Shown one piece after another: positions 60,201 through 64,000 of a stretch of 64,000 bases of DNA. The DNA is from Syncephalis fuscata S228 (taxonomy: Eukaryota > Fungi > Zoopagomycota). The first letter of the stretch is position 1, and each line of letters opens with the position of its first letter. The position numbers and the translations under genes were made by a program. The DNA is taken from positions 558,001 to 622,000 of the forward strand of contig JAHLTZ010000013.1 in NCBI GenBank assembly GCA_025786725.1. Reading direction: 5' to 3'. The notes below the pieces were generated by a model. That model saw only the letters and a program-made list of their open reading frames with translations. It was not told where the DNA came from and did no database searches.

Positions 60201-60621
60201 TATACAATAGCACTTACCTTCTATTGATTTTAATTTGGCAAATAAAATATATTTAATTAAATTGCTAACTGGCCCGTAATACTACTTGCCTTTTATTAAT
60301 GTTAGTTTGACATAGTAGTATTACAAATACAGTGTTTAATCTACTGTTTATAACAAACTTACCATCTGTTTACATTTTTCATTGTGTTTATTATGTGTAT
60401 GGAGTTGTATAATAAGTAATGTAGCAACAATCCCATGATCACAACTTACTTGCTAATATCACCATTGGTGGTTAAATATAACAACAGTAAGCATATCAAT
60501 TTGCACATTATTGTAATTACAACATACCACGACGGGCTAGAGCCGGTCTAGCTTCCACAATGGCTGTACTGGCTACAAAAGCTATAGTGAGGGTGCAGGC
60601 GACTATAATAAAAAGCTTCAT
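57261..60621 (-). CDS. Secreted six-cysteine peptide encoded by a signal-peptide exon, 40 three-nucleotide microexons and a short last exon
   Basis: Exon 1 is 60621-60528 (MKLFIIVACTLTIAFVASTAIVEARPALARR + G, donor GTATGT). It is followed by 40 units of AG|NNN|GT (one unit TAA|AAG|GC) and a last exon 57271-57261 (AC ATA GAA TAA). The spliced ORF is open and encodes 74 aa. Confidence 0.85.
57272..60527 (-). repeat. Diverged ~80-bp tandem array; each unit is one intron plus one 3-nt exon
   Basis: Plus-strand consensus cacttac-NNN-ctattaatatt..ttgttgatacacacaat..taattagtgcatagccaattgatatacaatac, repeated about 40 times. Confidence 0.95.
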
Positions 60622-61874
60622 GGTGATATTGATTTGTTAAACAAAGTAAAAAAGTAGAGGATCAAAGTATAGAGTAGAGTGCAGTGAATGCTTGGTAGAA
60701 AGTAGGGTGTAATGAAGATATTGCTGCTATGTGTGTAATTTGCGGCTATTTAAGCTTATAATTGCACTGAGATATAAAACATGTATTGTATGGATTATAC
60801 CATCGGTGTAATATAAACCAATAGCAATACATTTATATAGTGATCTAAATCGTACATATACCAGTATGTTCATAGTGTGACATTGTGCTGCCTGGCCCTT
60901 TGCTTCAATCTGCTTAGTGTTTAGTCATGTGAAGTGGCAATGATGATGGTTCAGTACATATAATACAGGGGTACATATACCAACCTGTGCTTTGTTGCCC
61001 AATTTGGACATTTAGTTAAAAAACTTGTTCGTTTTATAAAAATAGTAATGACGACTTTGCTGTCACTTTCATTGACAGAAATGCGTAAACTAGTCTTAAC
61101 TCCTTGAGTTATAAAATAAACTGGTTGGTGCATGTGTGTATTCAATCTAACAGTATGAAGATTTTTACAAAAATAAGCAGTGCATTAAATTTGCAAAAGC
61201 ATAGTATCAAAATATCATTGTATACTGCACTATTGTCAATGTCTCAAGTAGCGCATTGTCAAAATCGTTCAAAAACCAGTTGCATAATAGGCACTGTTTG
61301 TAATATACTACAGCACATAGTTTACTAGTAGATATTTTATTCAATTACTAATGTTATTGACTATTCAACCGTCCGGCTATCTCAATTGCTTAAATAACAC
61401 TTACTAAAATGTGGAAATACTAAGCTACAATTGTAGGGCTGCCATAGTTAGATACAGTTAGTTTTGCTATAGTTAGTTTTGCACAGTATATAAACACAGT
61501 TTGCTTGATGTTTTAGTTTCAAATTGCATATTTAAATAATATTATCGAACTCAATATAAATTATTATTAAATTCGACTCTTTTATTATGTTTATATAATA
61601 TAAACATGCTAATACACTAGCACCATATGATTCTAGAATTAAAATAGTAATAAGGCTTTATTATTGATAAAGTGTTCGGAGTAAGAGAATGCCAGATCAG
61701 ATCATGACCGTGATGAGTGATCAATTAAGGATCGAGTAGTTCAAATCAGATTCACTCTATCCAAGTAAGTTTTTCTTTTTGCAGTAATTCCGTAGAAGCG
61801 ACACCAGTTCTCTTTATCGTGCCTGATTTCTACTCGCGTTGATCTACTCTTTAAACGAAAAGCACCATAGCAAT

Positions 61875-62171
61875 ATGGCTTCACACGGACATGCTTCGAG
61901 CCTCTTTTCCGGCGCCGCCGGTAATGATTCGCCATTTAGCCCAGAAGATCAAAAAGAGCTGGCCGTGTTCCTCGAAACCGAGCAGTCAAAGGCTCGTCTC
62001 CAGAGCTCTATCCATACATTCACGGAAATGTGCTGGGATCGGTGCATTACGGGCAAGATCGGCACAAAGCTATCGTCAAGCGATGAATCGTGTCTAACTA
62101 ACTGCGTAGAACGCTTTCTCGACACTAGCTTGTTGATTGTCAAGCAGTTGGAAAGCAAGCGTGGCAATTAA
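61875..62171 (+). CDS. TIM8: Mitochondrial small TIM chaperone Tim8
   Basis: Twin CX3C motif (CWDRC...CLTNC), QKELAVFLETEQSKARLQSSIH and VERFLDTS. Confidence 0.9.
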   Translation: MASHGHASSLFSGAAGNDSPFSPEDQKELAVFLETEQSKARLQSSIHTFTEMCWDRCITGKIGTKLSSSDESCLTNCVERFLDTSLLIVKQLESKRGN

Positions 62172-62462
62172 CGCTACACAGTAATAATAATAATAATAAT
62201 AGTAATAGCAGTGGCATAGTAATCATATCCATAACAAGTTTTGTTACGCTAATTAATTGCTTTATTGCTTGTATGGTCTGAAGTCACAAACATTGATAAA
62301 GTATGATGACAATGATGCTGATATTCAAGTAAAACACCGCCTATTGCGATACTATCTATACTTAACTGTCTATTATATTTTAATGTTATTTATTAAATAC
62401 GATCAATATAAAACATAGTATTCATTATATTAAATTGGTATAGGCTAATCATTTATTACTAT

Positions 62463-64000
62463 CTAAAGTTCAATATCTTCTGAATTGTACTGTTCCACGA
62501 GTAACTGTCCGATAAAAGACCGTGGCTGGGCACCACTAGTTGATTTGTTAGTATATGCTGTGTCAAACCATCTACAGCCCATTATATTTAATACTTACAT
62601 ATTAGTAATAAACAAATCAATAGACTCTGGCGGTACATATTCATGACGAGGCTGTAACACTTGAACTTCTTTAATCAATTGATCTACAATATAATAAATA
62701 AAATAATTAATAAGCCATCCACTATCATTGTTACTGGAACATACCTTCTTCAAACGGTAGAATAGCATCCGGTGCACCGTGTACAGTGTATTGACTTGCA
62801 TCAAACGGCACAACTGGAGAGAATTTAAATACACCGCAGCATACTACAACAGGTACGTGATGGTGTCGTGCTGCAACTGTAGCGGCCCGACTACCAGCAA
62901 TAGCACTTAGACCGCCATTAGCAAATACTATTAAATTATGAGTATAAGCAATTAGTAACACATAGCCTTTAATCTCCTACCTCCATGAGCGCCTATTACG
63001 ACTTTATTCATACGCGACATAACTGCAAATATCGCGGCATCAGGAATAACAGTCGTTTCAATGCCCGCTGCCACTAATGCCGCTGCTTGTTCATGACCTA
63101 TATAACTGTAACAATTAAGTGATAAATTGTCAAATAACTAGATAAACTATAATATATCGTTATTTACCTAGGAGCAGATTCGGCCACCACCACTTGAAAT
63201 CGTCGCTTTTTAGCAGCATGCCGTAGAAATTGTTCTACCGTTCTCGATTTGCCAATAGTCAAAATAATTTCACTATATACATAGTAAGTATAATATATAT
63301 ATATGCCAATGGCCACATCTAGCTTACTTTGAATGAATATGATCTAATACTTGACCTGCTACATTGACATAGACATTTTCAAGCTCGTCAATATACTCTT
63401 GAATTGCCTGTATCATATTAGGCTTCAGTCGTAAAAAGCAAAGTAAGTCAAGTTAATAACCGTTATTAGCCAGTGTACTAAGTGCTTATAACAAGGATAT
63501 TATATGTAGATGTTGCATCATTATCATTGTCGTCGTCGTCTTTATCGTTATGGTTGCTATCATCGTCATCTTGTACAGAATCGGCCGTATCAGCGCCTAC
63601 CCGCATTGCTGCAACCAGATCATTGCCAAACAGTGTAAACATAGACGATGTTGTAGCATATTGATGTTGGCCATGTGTAGACAGCGTTCCTGAACCAGTG
63701 GCAGTAGCACCAGCTGCCCCATGAAGTCGTGGTCCAACAGCGCTGCTAGCCGTATTATTGCTAGTTTCTGGCTGCAATGCTGTTTGATACTCTTCACGGA
63801 TCAGTTGCATCACACGTCGACACACATTGCCTACAACCAATTCTGTATGCTATATTAGCGTGGTTAAATAAAATTAATTTAAGCTATTTACTTACCAGTG
63901 GGCTGTGCGGCCACCAATCGACTAGATACTTCGCGAACAACCTTTAAAAGCTGATGCACATTGGCCCAACGACTTGACGATACCACCTGGCGCAAAAGAA
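62463..64000 (-). CDS. GCD7: Translation initiation factor eIF2B beta subunit, 5'-truncated by the window edge
   Basis: [80 protein letters not shown]. Confidence 0.92.
63431..63500 (-). other. U12-type (minor spliceosome) AT-AC intron
   Basis: 5' end ATATCCTT, branch-like AACTTGAC, 3' end TTTTTAC. Removal restores the frame ([16 protein letters not shown]). Confidence 0.85.

Noticed and set aside
57300-60300. Array read as a CRISPR array or plain/centromeric satellite
   Set aside because: The context is eukaryotic, with no cas genes and no unique spacers. The best-conserved parts are splice signals flanking exactly 3 nt, and the joined triplets continue a signal-peptide ORF to a stop.
57336-60452. 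Reading the microexons as whole codons in phase 0 (QMKKKNALLTMRN...)
   Set aside because: This frame is also open, but exon 1 ends one base into a codon at the clear GTATGT donor (60527). That fixes phase 1, which gives the six-Cys peptide and the immediate stop.
61700-61830. GTGATGA and GTTCAAATC motifs upstream of TIM8 as a snoRNA or Pol III gene
   Set aside because: No cloverleaf, terminal stem or convincing box pairing was found.

Overview
AT-rich, intron-dense eukaryotic DNA. The gene set, the short GT-AG introns with CTAAY branch points and one AT-AC intron suggest an early-diverging fungus (Zoopagomycota/Mucoromycota-like; inference only). The window holds about 20 compact housekeeping genes (LRR protein, O-methyltransferase, MAK11, DBP7, frataxin, RUS1-like, PMC1, PAB1, NHA1, glucosidase II beta, GDI1, NDUFB8, NME6-like NDK, QCR9, LSB6, SPX phosphate transporter, TIM8, eIF2B-beta). 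It also holds a secreted CAP gene, tRNA-Thr(AGT), a degenerate kinase and several non-coding repeat families. The main finding is invisible to the ORF track. The ~3 kb '80-bp satellite' at 57.3-60.5 kb reads on the minus strand as a chain of 41 back-to-back spliceosomal introns separated by 40 exons of exactly 3 nt (one with a non-canonical acceptor). These join an upstream signal-peptide exon to an in-frame stop. The spliced product is a 74-aa secreted six-cysteine peptide, MKLFIIVACTLTIAFVASTAIVEARPALARR|ANEEEKCTAYYEKYCVFCKPEDKKSYIDDCIARCNQNRCPNIE, in which codons 32-72 are each split by an intron. There is also a U12-type AT-AC intron in eIF2B-beta and GC-AG introns in two mitochondrial-protein genes. 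Several conserved genes carry single-base frameshifts, most likely assembly indels. All coordinates were read by hand and no transcript data were available.
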